From contig OX597820.1 in assembly GCA_951406725.2 (NCBI GenBank), positions 38,378,001 to 38,442,000 on the forward strand: a DNA stretch of 64,000 bases, read 5' to 3'. The translations under genes and the position numbers were made by a program. Shown in pieces: positions 29,474 through 42,882 of this stretch. Each line of letters begins with the position of its first letter. Position 1 is the stretch's first letter. The notes under the pieces are model-generated. The model saw only the letters and a list, made by a program, of their open reading frames with translations, did no database searches and was not told the origin of the DNA. This DNA is from Octopus vulgaris (lineage: Eukaryota).

Positions 29474-30331
29474 TTGAATAATAATAATAATAATAATATG
29501 GATAAAATTAATAACATTAATAATTCCTTAAATGCTGTATATAGATATAATTCTGATAATAATTTTAATAATATGAAGAATTCTAAATTTAATAATTATA
29601 ATACTGACAATTATAATAAGGTTAATAAGAATAAAATTTGGTTAATAGTCCCTTATGGTGATCAAGTAAAAACGAATATTATCAAAGAGATTTTAGATAT
29701 TATAGAACTATTTATTAGAGATAATCGTAAATATAAAAATATTTTCTCTAGTGATAATTTTGGAGTAGGTTATTCCACCACTTATAACATTATTTCTTCA
29801 TTTAATAAATTTAAACTGAATAATTTTTATAAAAATAAATTATTTGTTAATAATAATAAGGATAAGACATATATTAATTGTACTTGTAGAGATAAATCTA
29901 AATGTAAATTAAATAATAAATGTGATATTAAAGATGTAGTGTATAAATGTATAGTTACATTACATGATAATAACTTTAAGAAGAATAATTACCCAAAAGC
30001 GGTTTATATAGGGTCTACTTCCGCTAAAATAAAATTAAGAATCGCACAACATATGAATTCTTTTAAAAATAAAAACTTAATCAACTCCACTGGACTTAGT
30101 AAGTACATTTGGAGAATTAAATCACAAAATTTTAATTATAGTTTAAATTGGGAAATAATTTGTAAAACTAAATCATATACTATAGGAGCGAATTGTTGTT
30201 ATTTATGCTCTAATGAGTTTAAAGAAATTTTATTTTATAAGTATGATAATTTACTTAATATAGGTGAAGAGCGCAAAATAAAATGTAGACATAGATTACT
30301 TTACCTATATAATAGGTTCCATGATAAATAA
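29474..30331 (+). CDS. PLE linker plus GIY-YIG endonuclease
   Basis: NCTCRDKSKCKLNNKC...VVYKC...VYIGST...RIAQH...STGLSKYIW...CYLCSNE...LLN...KCRH; same reading frame as the RT ORF. Confidence 0.88.
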   Translation: MNNNNNNNMDKINNINNSLNAVYRYNSDNNFNNMKNSKFNNYNTDNYNKVNKNKIWLIVPYGDQVKTNIIKEILDIIELFIRDNRKYKNIFSSDNFGVGYSTTYNIISSFNKFKLNNFYKNKLFVNNNKDKTYINCTCRDKSKCKLNNKCDIKDVVYKCIVTLHDNNFKKNNYPKAVYIGSTSAKIKLRIAQHMNSFKNKNLINSTGLSKYIWRIKSQNFNYSLNWEIICKTKSYTIGANCCYLCSNEFKEILFYKYDNLLNIGEERKIKCRHRLLYLYNRFHDK

Positions 30332-30509
30332 AATTAATAGCCCCCTATTATAGGTTATTTTAGGTTAATTTGTTTTTAGTTTAGAGTACCAAGTATATAT
30401 TTCTAGTTTTATAGTTTAGGCTTTAATTATAGTTAGTATTTAATTGGTATTTCTTTGTTTTGTATTTAATTAATATTTTATTGAGTGTGGGAATGAATAA
30501 TAGTGTATA

Positions 30510-31803
30510 TATCGAGTTTGTACGTATGTATATGTATGTGGGAGTGTGTATATGGTTATGTTTGTGGGTGTGTGTATATATGTGTGTGTATTTGTGTGTA
30601 TTGTGTATGAAAGGGGTTTTATCTTTATCTTTATATTTGTATGTATGGACTTCATTATCATGATTAGTTTAATAAGTATTTTGTATGTAGGTATGGGTGT
30701 GTATGTATGTGTGCGTGTGTACAAGTGTAAGTATAGATGCGGTAGTGTATGAGTGCTATGTAATTGAGTGTGATTATTTATGTACTTGTATACATGCAAG
30801 TGTTGAATGTCCGTGTGATTGCACCCGTCTGCGTGTACACACTCATTTTTTTATATATATATTAATATCTATATGAGTTTTAGTTTTTATGGTTTTTTAA
30901 AGAATTTGTAGAAGGTTTTGTATATCCATTCATAATTTTTTAATTTACATTTGTTTACTACGCGCTAAGAATTTTATATTCCATTCATAATTTTAAAGAC
31001 GCTGTTTTACGCAGCGCTAATAATTTTTATATGTTCGGTTCCATGGTAACGCAATTTTTGTTTATTGTAATAACGGATAAAGTTATTCACTTCAAAATTT
31101 GATACTGATTAGAAGGTATGTCTATTTTTCTCCTTTGTTAATCTTGTTACTTATGATAATATGATTTCTTATGGAGTATTTTATATATCATATTATGTGT
31201 AGAGATGTTGTTTTCTTTTGTATGTTTATGTATGTGTGAATTTGTGTGCGTGTGCGTATTTGATTGTATCGAGTTTTGTACGTATTATTTGTATGTGTGA
31301 GTGTGTATATGGTTATGTTTGTGGGTGTGTGTATATATGTGTGTGTATTTGTGTGTATTGTGTAATGGGTTGTATCTTTATATTTATACTTGTATGTATG
31401 GATTTTATTTATCATGATTATTTTAATAAGAATTTTTGTATGTAGGTATGGGTGTGTATGTATGTGTGAGAGTGTACAAGTGTAAGTGTAGATGTGGGTG
31501 TGTATGAGTGCTATGTAATTGGGTGTGATTATTTATGCACTTGTATATATGTAAGTTTTGAATGTGCGTGTGATTGCACCCGTCTGCGTGTACACACTCT
31601 TTTATATATATATTAATATATATGAGTTTTCGTTTTTCATGGTCGTATTGTTTGTATCGGGACTTGTACGTATGTATATGTATGTGTGAGTGTGTATATG
31701 GTTATGTTTGTGGGTGTGTGTATATATGTGTATGTATTTATGTGTATTGTGTTAGGGTTTGTATAGTTATATTTATACTTGTATGTATGGATTTCATTTC
31801 CAT
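30510..31803 (+). repeat. GT-rich internal direct repeats in the PLE 3' region
   Basis: Block gagtgtgtatatggttatgtttgtgggtgtgtgtatat occurs near 30540, 31300 and 31690; tgattgcacccgtctgcgtgtacacactc near 30816 and 31571. Confidence 0.8.
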
Positions 31804-32402
31804 TCATAATTTTTTTTAAATGTTTGATATCCACGTGCTAAGAATTGTTCGGTTTTCTTTTGAGTGTTTATGTATGTGTGAAAATGTGTGTGTGATTGTT
31901 TGCGTAATTTATTTATCTGTATGGGTGTGGGTGTTTATATATTGGTATATATCGTGTTCTGTATGTATGTGTATGTATATGTATGTGTGAGCGGGTATAT
32001 GTATATTGTTTATGAATTGAGTGTTGTATGTGTGTGTGAGGAAGTATGAATAAGTAATGTGTTGAGTGTATGAGCATGTGTATGTATATATAGTTTATTT
32101 TTTGTTTTTTTGTTTTTTGTTTTTTGTTTTTAGGTTTTTGTTTTTGTTTTTTTGCTTGTTGTTTTTTGGTTTTTGTACATTTTTAAATATGAGAACTTTT
32201 ATAATAGGTTTTTATATTCAATTGTTTATAGGGTTTATTTTAGATTATTTTAGATTATATATTGATTATATATAGATTATATATAGATTATATATAGATT
32301 ATATTTTATTTTTTTACATTCTTTCATTGATAATTTTATTGTTTTATTATTTTAAATTATTTTAAATTATATTTTAAAATATTGCTATTTTAGATCGAAA
32401 AT

Positions 32403-32446
32403 CCACCTGAAGATTGTCGGTAGCAGACATGAAACATTTGTAGTGG
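32403..32446 (+). ncRNA. Type I hammerhead ribozyme (family H1) in the PLE pseudo-LTR
   Basis: ccac-CUGAAGA-u-uguc gguagca gaca-u-GAAA-C auuu G-UA-gugg: stem I ccac/gugg, stem II uguc/gaca, short stem III; predicted cleavage after GUA at 32442. Confidence 0.78.
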
Positions 32447-32618
32447 CGGTTTATTTAATTTATATTAAAATTTTATGTATTGATTAAGTCTTTCCTTGTT
32501 TGGTTTTAAAATAGTGGTTTTGTCTCGAATTATATTATATAATATTTTACTATAAAATTAGATTTAACCCTAAATCTGATTTTTCCCTGTAATTTTGGAT
32601 TCATTCCCTAATATTTAT

Positions 32619-32672
<54 letters not shown>

Positions 32673-35600
32673 GTATACATATATCAACATTCGCACATAT
32701 ATAAAATATACATATCGATGTATATGCTATATGCATGTGTACATCCATGTATACTATCGGCGAGACGCTGGATTATATATATGCATCATAATCCGAGAGT
32801 CCAGCCTTATGCGCCAATGATCAAAGAACATTTGATCATTTGAATAACTAACCTAACATACCCGATATTCGTTTTAATATCTTCCATAAATTTTTCCAAA
32901 AACTCAACATTCGACAGCGTTTATATATGTATATAGCACACTGTATTACGCATACAGTTTATTGGGGAATCTAAGTTGACGTACATTATGCTTTTATAGG
33001 TCCAACTAAAGATAATCATATTCTTTTCCCTATAAAGATATCTTTAAAAGAGAGCGAAAGATAATCATATCCCATTTTCATATAAAGGTATCTTCAGTAA
33101 TCGATTACCTTACATCAGTATATATTTATTTATTAAAACCATCTTTTTTTTCTCTTTGACTTTCAGCTTTATTTATATACCAATTAACACACACACACAC
33201 ACGCACACATATATGTAGGTCATATAATGTTATGTGACCTAAATATCCTAAAATCAATCTTCCCAAATGTTTTCTGTATTTCTCCGGAAGTTTTCTATGA
33301 ATTTTCATGAATATATTTCTGCGCTAATGTGAATATTATATATAAACAACGTGCGTAAATTAAATATATATTCTTGGCGCGGTCTAATACACGGCCCGAG
33401 GTGATTGATTCAATAGCGGAACTAATATCAAAAAGTGCATATGTATATCTATTTATATATATATGTGCACATGTATATGCACATATTTTAACATATATAC
33501 AAGCATATATACACATATCTTTAGATATAACCATGCATACATACATAAATAAACTTATACGTGTATAAGCGTGTACGCATATAGCATACACACACACACA
33601 CACGCACGCAGACACACACACACACACATATATATATGTATGTTTATGTGATTCTCTGTGCGGCTTAGTGTTCTCTGTGTCTGTGCATATTTACATAAGT
33701 ATACATATTTTGAAACAGAGCATTATAAGCTATGAGCTTTAGTTTGAACGATTTACACTACATTGTAAATCAAAGGAGCTCACTAAGTACATTTCATCGT
33801 TACTGATCGAGGATATGCTTTAGCACCCCTGTATATAATCATCAACGTTATAGGTACATACCGTACATACATACATATATACATACATACATGCACACAT
33901 ACATACATATGAAGAAGCATAGGCACATTATATATCATAATTTGGTGTGGATTAAGTACCCGTGTTCGTGGCCTTCTCAAACTCTATGAAGTTATATGGA
34001 TACAATATGAATACAATCCATTCATTTTGAACACATGAGAATTAACTATACCAGAATAACAAAGCAAGAGAAATTTTCAGTAAATAAAGACACTGCAAGC
34101 TGAGAAAACTCTAGAATTTTCTCTCCCTGTATATTTATCTTGTATCTTGTGTCATTCATGAGTATTTGTACGAGACAAGAAGATCTTGTGGCTCAACAGA
34201 ATATATCAGATTTTGCAAGCGCATGCTGGCCCAACTTAATCACATTTTATTTCGTGTTAATTCTGTTCTGACATGCAATTTCACAAAAAGAACTTCAGAC
34301 ATGTATCGATGATATAGCACATATCTATCTCTGTTATTTCGGCATAACATTCGACCCTTATTTTGAAGCATCGGTCTGCGATGAGCGAGTATCTTGTTTA
34401 TCAAGTTTACTTTCTTCACCATGTATTTTAATTGAGTGTAATGTTTAGCGCAGGGCCTAGGAGTGTCGAGAAAAGAACTGATTTAAGTTTGCGAGCCATA
34501 GTGCAATGTGCATGAATGTAGTTGATTGGGATACTGTTTTACTCTCAGAATTGACTATAAAAAGTACGTAAGGCACATAGCATGGATGGATTATAGGTTG
34601 CAGTGTATTGGTGAGCCAATTATGTATAGCAGTATAATTGTCTAAGCTGTTCGATTAGTGTTCCCTTGTGAGACTTACGTTAGATTTGTAGATACTAGCT
34701 CAGTATATGTATAAACGTATTGTACATATACTATGTACAACGCAGCCTGAGAACTGAACTAAATGAATGTTTCAAAAAAGCTCACGGATGACGTAACAAG
34801 ACTTTCTTTCATGTTATATATATGTAGAGAGAAAGAAAAGAGTCTCCTTTGGATTATTTTCAGCGATATTCACTACTCCTAAGAAAAGACATCATCGGTT
34901 TCCTATCCAAATGAATAGCGTAGGCCAGATGCTATATAAAACAGTCTTAAATTAAGCTAGGATAATGGTGGTTAACAAAATTTGCATGGTTTCCAATTTG
35001 ATGGTTCGTTATAAGTTAAACAATATATATTCCATGTATCACGCAGCATAAATAATGAGAAAGGAAATAGATTTAAATACTGTGCATTAGAAGTAAATTA
35101 TACTTATATTCATATTACTGGTAGACTGAGGCATTCTAACAGTGAAATCATTTCTTTTTGTTTTTGTTTTACGCTGCTTTGTGCCTAAAAGCTATCTTAT
35201 TTAAGTATTGAGGATTTGTGAAAAACAAGAGTGTGCAAATTAAGGTACGCAATAATGTACTAGCCTAATTCATGGTTAATTTGTATAGTAGATAAACGAT
35301 ACTATTGATTGGAGAACTCTTACTTTTTTTCTGATAAGCAGTTAACAAACTGTGAAACAGTCTGTCAGCAGATACCCTGTGCCCAATTGCGGCCAACAGT
35401 AGCTTAGAAATAATGTGTTTGCCTCAAGAACGAGGCTTTGTAATGCGTATATATATATATACTTATACATACTGACACACGTGTACACACCCACACAAGC
35501 ATGAATATACATTAAGAGCCACCCAGTCATAAAATAATTGTTTTCCATTTTATCCACAAGGTAAATGCTCAATATAAATCTGTTATTATTTTATAAGTTT

Positions 35601-38492
35601 GCAGTGGACGTTGTAATTGCATGCTTGTCCACTGGACTATTTCCTCACACCTAAATGCATTACGTTGTTGCCGATATTCTCAATCTCATTAATACCATTA
35701 GCTAACGTCAATGAAACGTAACTTTTATTATTGACGAAATGTTTCTGCTTTCTGGACCATTTTACACACATAGGCGCACGCAAACATATTTCTATTAAAA
35801 GGTTGTCAATCGCTCTGCCGCAATAGATAACAGTTGTGTCTGTTGCATTCTTTGGATATTTATCTTTAAATGTGGTCAAAACCCCTGTAAAAATAATGAA
35901 CACGTGTCATCAAGTAATGGCTAATAGTCCATTGTTGATTCAGTTCAGATACATAATACCTTCACATACCGAGAGTGTAACGCTCCAGACGATTTGAAAG
36001 ATTATCATTTGAATTAATTGTGCAATGTCTATCCAGCGTGTAAGTTAATATCCGTATCCTTTGAGGAAATAATACATTTACAGAGATCTACTGAGGTAGC
36101 CACATTGAACGCTCTATTGCTAGAAATAGTAGTCATACAATAATCACAATGTTGCGCTTGTAAAACAAAAGAGGACATTTTATATTGTAATTGGACAATT
36201 TAATCTGAGATAAGTTACGTCCAAATAAAATAGATTGTCATGGCCTTCTCACATATATCTGACTGGAGTTAAACCACATAACGTTTTCCTGTTCACAATT
36301 AGGTAAACTAAGCCATGGCAATGTAACGAGACACGAACAATTTTTATTAACCCTTTTGTACACATTTACATGTTGTATCATTATAGAACTAGCACATCGC
36401 TAGAAAGAGAAAGGGGAGATGGAGAGTGGCGTTAAAATGTCAGTGAGTTGATTGTGTATGGTTCAGTGATAGCAATTATTTACAACCCGCCGATCCTTCA
36501 GCGACCACATTTCTACCGCTCTCTCGCCTGGTAATTATACAATAATATACTAGATGATAGATACAAAGCAAATGTGCAAAATGCCTGTTATATTCTAGCA
36601 ATCACATTATTATCTGCTAATCAGTTTGTAATTATCGTAGAGAATCAACCATGTGTGTAATAATATTTTTGTCTTACTGGCGCCATTTGGTCGTTTCATT
36701 AATCAACAGCAACATAAGTTGGTCTTCATTAACTGGAAAAATTACCATCCCAGCGCCAGTTCAACCGCTTCTATAATTATAATTAACAATTTACAGATTC
36801 GGTTTCCTAGTTTTGGAAAAAATATATTCCCTTGTAGGATGTATATAATTATCTATTTGTCTGTCTCTCAATAATACTTGCCCTTCATAAATGCAATTTC
36901 TCTTACACTTTCTTTCAGTTTCACTATTTTCTTTCTCTGTATTACCCTTATGATTAGTGTCTGTATTAGGCAAAATGGAAACTTACCAAAACCTATTGTG
37001 AGAAATCAATACGTATTCGTGAAACACAACCTTTGCCTAATTCTACAAAATCGAAGATGGTTCTGTACGACCTAACAACAAAGGTAGTTCATGAAACAAA
37101 TAAATTGACACAATTACTAAAATTTTGAATATAGTCATATTTATTTCCTGGCATAGGTGTTATCAAAATATGAGACATTAAACTGAAGAAATAATAAAGT
37201 AATTAAAATATGATGAAAATAAATAAATCAAATATTATGTAATATTATCGCTGATGATTAGAGTTGATATCTGGGAAGTAAACAGAAAGCAAGAGAGGGA
37301 AAAAACTGTCAACGACTGTCACATTAGGGTTAAATAAAACGTGACGTGAGCTTTGTGTCTATCTTGCTTGTGTCGATAAAACACAATTGTGCAGTCGATT
37401 AATACATGTTTATAGCCTAGCCAAAACGAATTTATCATGCGTGAAGCATCACACATACACACACACAAAGGCACACACATACACACACAAAGGCACACAA
37501 AGACACACACAGACACACACACAAACAAACGCGCGCACGCATATAAATAACCAAATTTATGCCCGTTCTTCGTGGGTGAGCATGAACTATTTGCATTTGT
37601 CCTCCTAGTACTCAATTGAACATACCGGAGCAACAAGAAAACAAGAGACCTGTTCAAGAGTACAACGCGATTTTCTGGGACTAGTTATCGAACCCACGGC
37701 CTCTAATTGCTAGGTCACTAAACGAATATATAAATACATAATAACACGATTTTTGATAACTTATATTTTTATATTTCTCGTAGATATTTCTACCTTAGAT
37801 ATTTTTCATTGAACCTCTTAACTTTCTATTATTCAATCACATTGTTACGACTTTCATATTCTGGTTCAACTGCATATTTTTTTTTATTTCTCATATCTTA
37901 TTATATATCTGTTTCAATTGCAGAAAAAACGGAAGGTGATGGAAATTGAAACGACAATACGCTGGCTCTCCTCGCTTAATTTGAATTGGAAAAGTTTTCT
38001 GTTCTACCAAGTCAACGAGCGAATAAGCTCGTTAGCGTCAGTCTAGTGCATTTATTTGAAAATCAAAATATTATCGAAACAAAAAAGAAAAAACGTAAAA
38101 TAATTCTCTTCCTATTTATGAAAAATATAATTCTCTGATATGACATTTAAATTAACTTTCAGCTGCATACAACGCAATATTTTAAGAAAATGTAAAAAAA
38201 ACAAAAACAATATGAGACTCACATATTAATTTATAGCACATCCATCCATCTATCCATCCATCTATCCATCCTTCCATACAACCATCTATCCATATGCACA
38301 CACACACACACATGCGCGCACACAAACACACACACATATTATGTTTGACTTGGAATCAGTGTAGTGTCATTTCACAGGCGTTGGGAAGTATACGGTTTAG
38401 TGTGCAAATTTGTGACAAGAATTGAAAGTCTATCTTCAATTCATTGGATTTTTTCAATCCCTGTTTTTTGTTCACTCTCTCACACAAACATA

Positions 38493-38536
<44 letters not shown>

Positions 38537-38656
38537 CGTGTGTATGTGTGTGTGTGTGTATGTGCGTGTGCATGTGTGTGCGTGTGTATGTATTTATGTA
38601 TATATATATATGTGTGCATATATAACAAGAACAACAACAACAACAACAATAATAAT

Positions 38657-38692
<36 letters not shown>

Positions 38693-39415
38693 GGTCAGTT
38701 ACGCCATATGGAGTTACATGGTCAGTTTCACCGTGAAACTAGCATATTAAAAGACCAGGGAGTATCATGGAGGTGGCTTAACAAGGGTACCCTAAAAAAG
38801 AATACTGAAAGCCTAATCATCGCGGACCAGGACCAGGCATTGAAGACCAACTCAATGAAAAATAATATATACCACACAAGTGCATCGGTCCTGTACAGAA
38901 TGTGTGGGAAGAGGGTCGGACGTGTGACTCACATTGTTAGAGCTTGTGAAAGTCTTTCACAAAAAGAGAACATGCGCGGGGACAACAAAGTGACCCAAAA
39001 CCTCCACTGGTTACTATGCACCGGAAGATTTAATGGACGAAAAGGGGAAAGTAAAAAATCCTCTAGGACTTTGATTTCCAGACAGACAAAATTGTTAGAG
39101 CACTGACGGCCGGATATTGTGAACTTTAGGAGGGACAAACAAGAGTGTCTTATAATCGACGTAGCCGTGCCAGGAGGTCAACATATCATCACGAAAGAAA
39201 GAGAAAAAAATTGATAAATATGGAGACCAGAGAATTGAGATGGCTAATATGTGACAGCTACGAGAGTCGAACATAAAGTGCAGCATTGGTTTCAATAGCA
39301 CCCAAGATGTAGAGATGCCCTACAATCTAGGTGTATTGCAAAAGTCGGCTTGGAACTCCACGCATATTGCGTAAAGTACTGAGGCCTTTTGCGCAAAGTA
39401 CTGTCTATCTGAGGT
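38693..39415 (+). pseudogene. 3' part of an RLE-type non-LTR retrotransposon (R4/Dong-like), decayed
   Basis: LHGQF...SWRWLNKGTLKKNTESLIIADQDQALKT, degenerate CCHC knuckle (RMCG...THIVRAC), RPDIV...IIDVAVP endonuclease motif; starts directly after (AAT)n. Confidence 0.8.
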
Positions 39416-39419
39416 CTGA

Positions 39420-40740
39420 ATCTTTTGCGGTGGAAAATGGAGTATAGCAAGGAGACATTAATATACCTATCCTCTATGCAATATACTTTGTTGTGTTGTC
39501 ACACGCTTTTCAAAACTCTGAAGAGGATAGTTACATAAAATATCGAACAATAGAGAATGTTTTTAAACTGTCCAGACTGAAATTCAAAACAAAGCTTTTT
39601 ACTTCAATCATTAGGGAACTTTTATACGCTTACGATTACGATCTTGTCAGTCATTCTGAAACAGGTCTGCAATCTCTTGTATCTGCATTTGACTCGGCTT
39701 CTGATGATTTTGTCTTGACCATCAACTTGAAAAAACAGTTGTTATGCATCAACCTGTGTGTGGTGCTGTGTGTAATGCCCCTATACGTTTTGTTAAGGGT
39801 AAATCACTTAAGGTTGTTGCTTCGTTCATTACCTTGCAAGCTCTGTACAAAATAATGGCAATCTTGATAGAGAAATACAACTGTGAATTCAAAGGGCAGC
39901 AAAAGCATTTGGTGGCTTGGAGTCATGTGTTTGGCGCCAGTGACATACAAATAGCTATACAAAATTGGCTCTTTGCAAATCATTTGTCTCACTATTCCTG
40001 TTGTATTCTTGTGAATCATGAACATGTTATGAATAACATTTTAAATTGTCAGAACAATTCGACCAAAAATGCCTTCACCGCATTTTAAACATTAAATGGA
40101 GTTCTTAATCCAATCACAGATGTCCTTGCATCTGTAGGTATAACCTCAATTAAAGCTATGATTTTGAGAAACCAAATGAGATTGTGTGGCCATAATGTTC
40201 GAATAGCGGATGAACGCATGCCCAAACAGCTGTTTTATGTTGAGCTTGCAGAGGGGAAACGCTATCGGCATAAACCTAAAAAAAAGTTTTAAGAACGGCA
40301 TAAGGACTACTATGAAGTCACTAGGAATGGATCCAAAGGACAGAAACCTTTGCTTCGAATCGAGCTGGATGGTGAACAAAAGTGTGGAGTGGCGTGAAAG
40401 AGTTTGAAGAGGCCAGGATAACGCATGCAAGACTTAAAAGAGATTTGAGGAAGTATGTTATGATCGAGATGGTGAATCACAATGACCTTTTTGTGTGCAC
40501 AGTTTGTGACAGACCATGCTACTCTTTTGCTGGGCTCAAATCTCATTTGCGAACCAACGGAAAACGAACCTCCACCAACTAATTTGCCTACGTGTCTGTG
40601 CACACCTTTGAATGCAATGTATGCTAGAATGTTTGCAAATCTAACGGAGGCTTCAAAAGACATTTTAAGAACCACAAAAATCAGAACTTATCTCCATTTC
40701 TTGGTGGTCCAAATCGGATATGCAATCTACGTGGATCCTA
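39420..40740 (+). pseudogene. RTE-clade LINE, 5'-truncated and decayed
   Basis: NGV*QGD, LSRLKFKTK...IRELLYAYD...LTINLKK, RIADERMPKQLFYVELAEGKR, and a C2H2-like end FVCTVCDRPCYSFAGLKSHLRT. Confidence 0.82.
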
Positions 40741-42650
40741 AGGTGTAGGTACATGAGGTGGTCAAACTCTGTATAAAGTGTATACAACCTCCATATATGT
40801 ATGTACACATTTATACGTCTGTATAAATATATATGTAAATTACAGTCTAATCTGAACCTCTACGATTGAATTAGGATCGTTCACGACCAACTTATGACGG
40901 CATCCTTGCTCACAGTATGAGCAGAATGTCAAAAGCTTTCATTTTGATGTTCGTTCGGAAGTTTAACGTCTCGAGCTTGCAGGAAATATTCTAGCAACCA
41001 ACAGCTAATAAAAGTTTCAGCCGTATTATACACACCACGCATCTTTCATTTCATTCTACAGATTAAGAAATTTGATGAACATTGATAATATGAACTGGTA
41101 CACAAATTATTATAACATATTCCAAATGTTACAAATTACAGATTCCAACTTAGAAACCATCAACGCTTAATCTATTCCCCCACCTAAATGTTGAAACGAT
41201 TATAAACTGCTGTGCACATGTAAACGAATTACCTAAAATTGCTACCTGCTCTACGCATATTCCTGAAGTTATATTTCACCCATCCCTGTAATTGGTATTA
41301 TTAAAACTGGGATTTTCAAGAGAAATAGAATTACACTTTTACATATATTGAAATCTCCAGTTTGCTCGATCTCTGATTTTAGGTATATGTGTGGTCTCAG
41401 ATTGGATTTGAACAAATAACTCTTCTTTATAATCTAGGGTGGGTAACGCTCTCATTCACTAAACCTTTGTCTATTGTACAGATTTGAAATCACGCTTATT
41501 AAAAAAATCAATCGATATCTTAACTTTACTATCTTCCACTTCTGCGTGTGATTTCGTATCACAATAGATATTTTACAGCGCAGCTCAGAAAATAACAACG
41601 TTAGACCTCTTTATTCGTACTTGATTCAATAACCAAAGTTAATGCTCGTAGTTTGGATGACGTCTTGTGCTATGTACACATCTCGGAAGGAGAACACGTT
41701 TGAAGAATATAAGTGGATGTGATGGGCGGTGGCGGAAGGGGAGGAATGAAGATTTAGCTGTTGCAGTTACCTATTGTAAAAAAAGTAAGCTATTAGTCTA
41801 GGAAATAGGAAACCTGATAACAACCCATTTTCGATAATTACATCTTTTGTTATTTTGAACAAACCGAACAAATAAAAAAAAAAATAACTTCGTACTAAGG
41901 AGTTTGATATTTTCTTGTTCGTTGCGGTTACTATTACACTGGTGTCAATCTTATTGATTCGACATATGGGCGATATTCTCTTGAAAAAATATATATATAT
42001 AAGTTTCAATCCCATATTACATCTTGTGTAAAAAGTAAAATCCCTATTGATTTTCTTATATCAAGTGGATTATGAGTGTCACTGGAGATATATTTTCTCG
42101 TAAAACCTATTGCATGGTTGGGTCGTCGGCAACTAAAACAGCTTCTCGATCATGCTTCCCGATTGAGGAGTGTTAGCAGAAACATAGAAGAATAAAATAT
42201 CTTGGATGTATACGACGTATTGTCAAGGATTATCAAGCGGAACATTAGGAATTCGGCGTTAGTATTTAGTATCCAGCTTGCTGTAAGACCACTGATTGTG
42301 AAGCACTTTTGTAAACTATATCCCAAGGGGAATGCATAGCTACATGCACAGTTATATATACGTCTTCACAGCTACACGTATATATAACTGGATAGTCGTT
42401 CTGAGGAGGGTAACAATGGAAGATAAGCAAACTAAGAGAAGACAATTTCGAACATATAACGACATTAGCTTGGAGTGCCTGTGCAGATGTCATGGTTCAG
42501 GTCGCAAGAAAACTCAGTTTCCCCTTGCACCTTAAAGAGCTTGAGTCAAAAACTCGGGCTGTTAGATATGGATTTTAGAAAATTCAATAATTCATCATTG
42601 ATTTCTTTAAGTTTAATCACTACCAGCTGTTTATCACGATTTTATTTATT

Positions 42651-42882
42651 TATTTATTTACTACCCACAAGGAGTTAAACATGAGGGGACAAAGAAGGAC
42701 AAACAAACGAATTAAGTTGATTACATCGACCCCAGTGCGTAACTGGTACTTAATTTATCGACCTCGAAAGGATGAAAGGCAAAGTCGACCTCGGTGGAAT
42801 TTGAACTCACAACGTAACGGCAGACGAAATACCGCTAAGCATTTCGCCCGGCGCGCTAACGTTTCTGCCAGCTCGCCGCCTT
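42651..42882 (-). mobile_element. SINE family A, full length, with 17-bp TSD
   Basis: Head ggcggcgagctggcagaaacgttagcgcgccgggcgaa, B-box-like gagttcaaattcc; TSD tcacgattttatttatt at 42634-42650 and 42883-42899. Confidence 0.92.

Larger units (their letters stand above)
27991..32622 (+). mobile_element. Penelope-like retroelement (PLE), 5'-truncated, with inverted pseudo-LTR, inserted in (TA)n
   Basis: RT plus GIY-YIG coding region; 27991-28740 is a near-identical inverted copy of 31804-32540; extra 3' tail at 32541-32622; (TA)n on both flanks; hammerhead in the repeat. Confidence 0.92.

Noticed and set aside
41715-41750. GC-box-like gggcgg cluster as a promoter
   Set aside because: A single short motif with no associated gene or CpG island.
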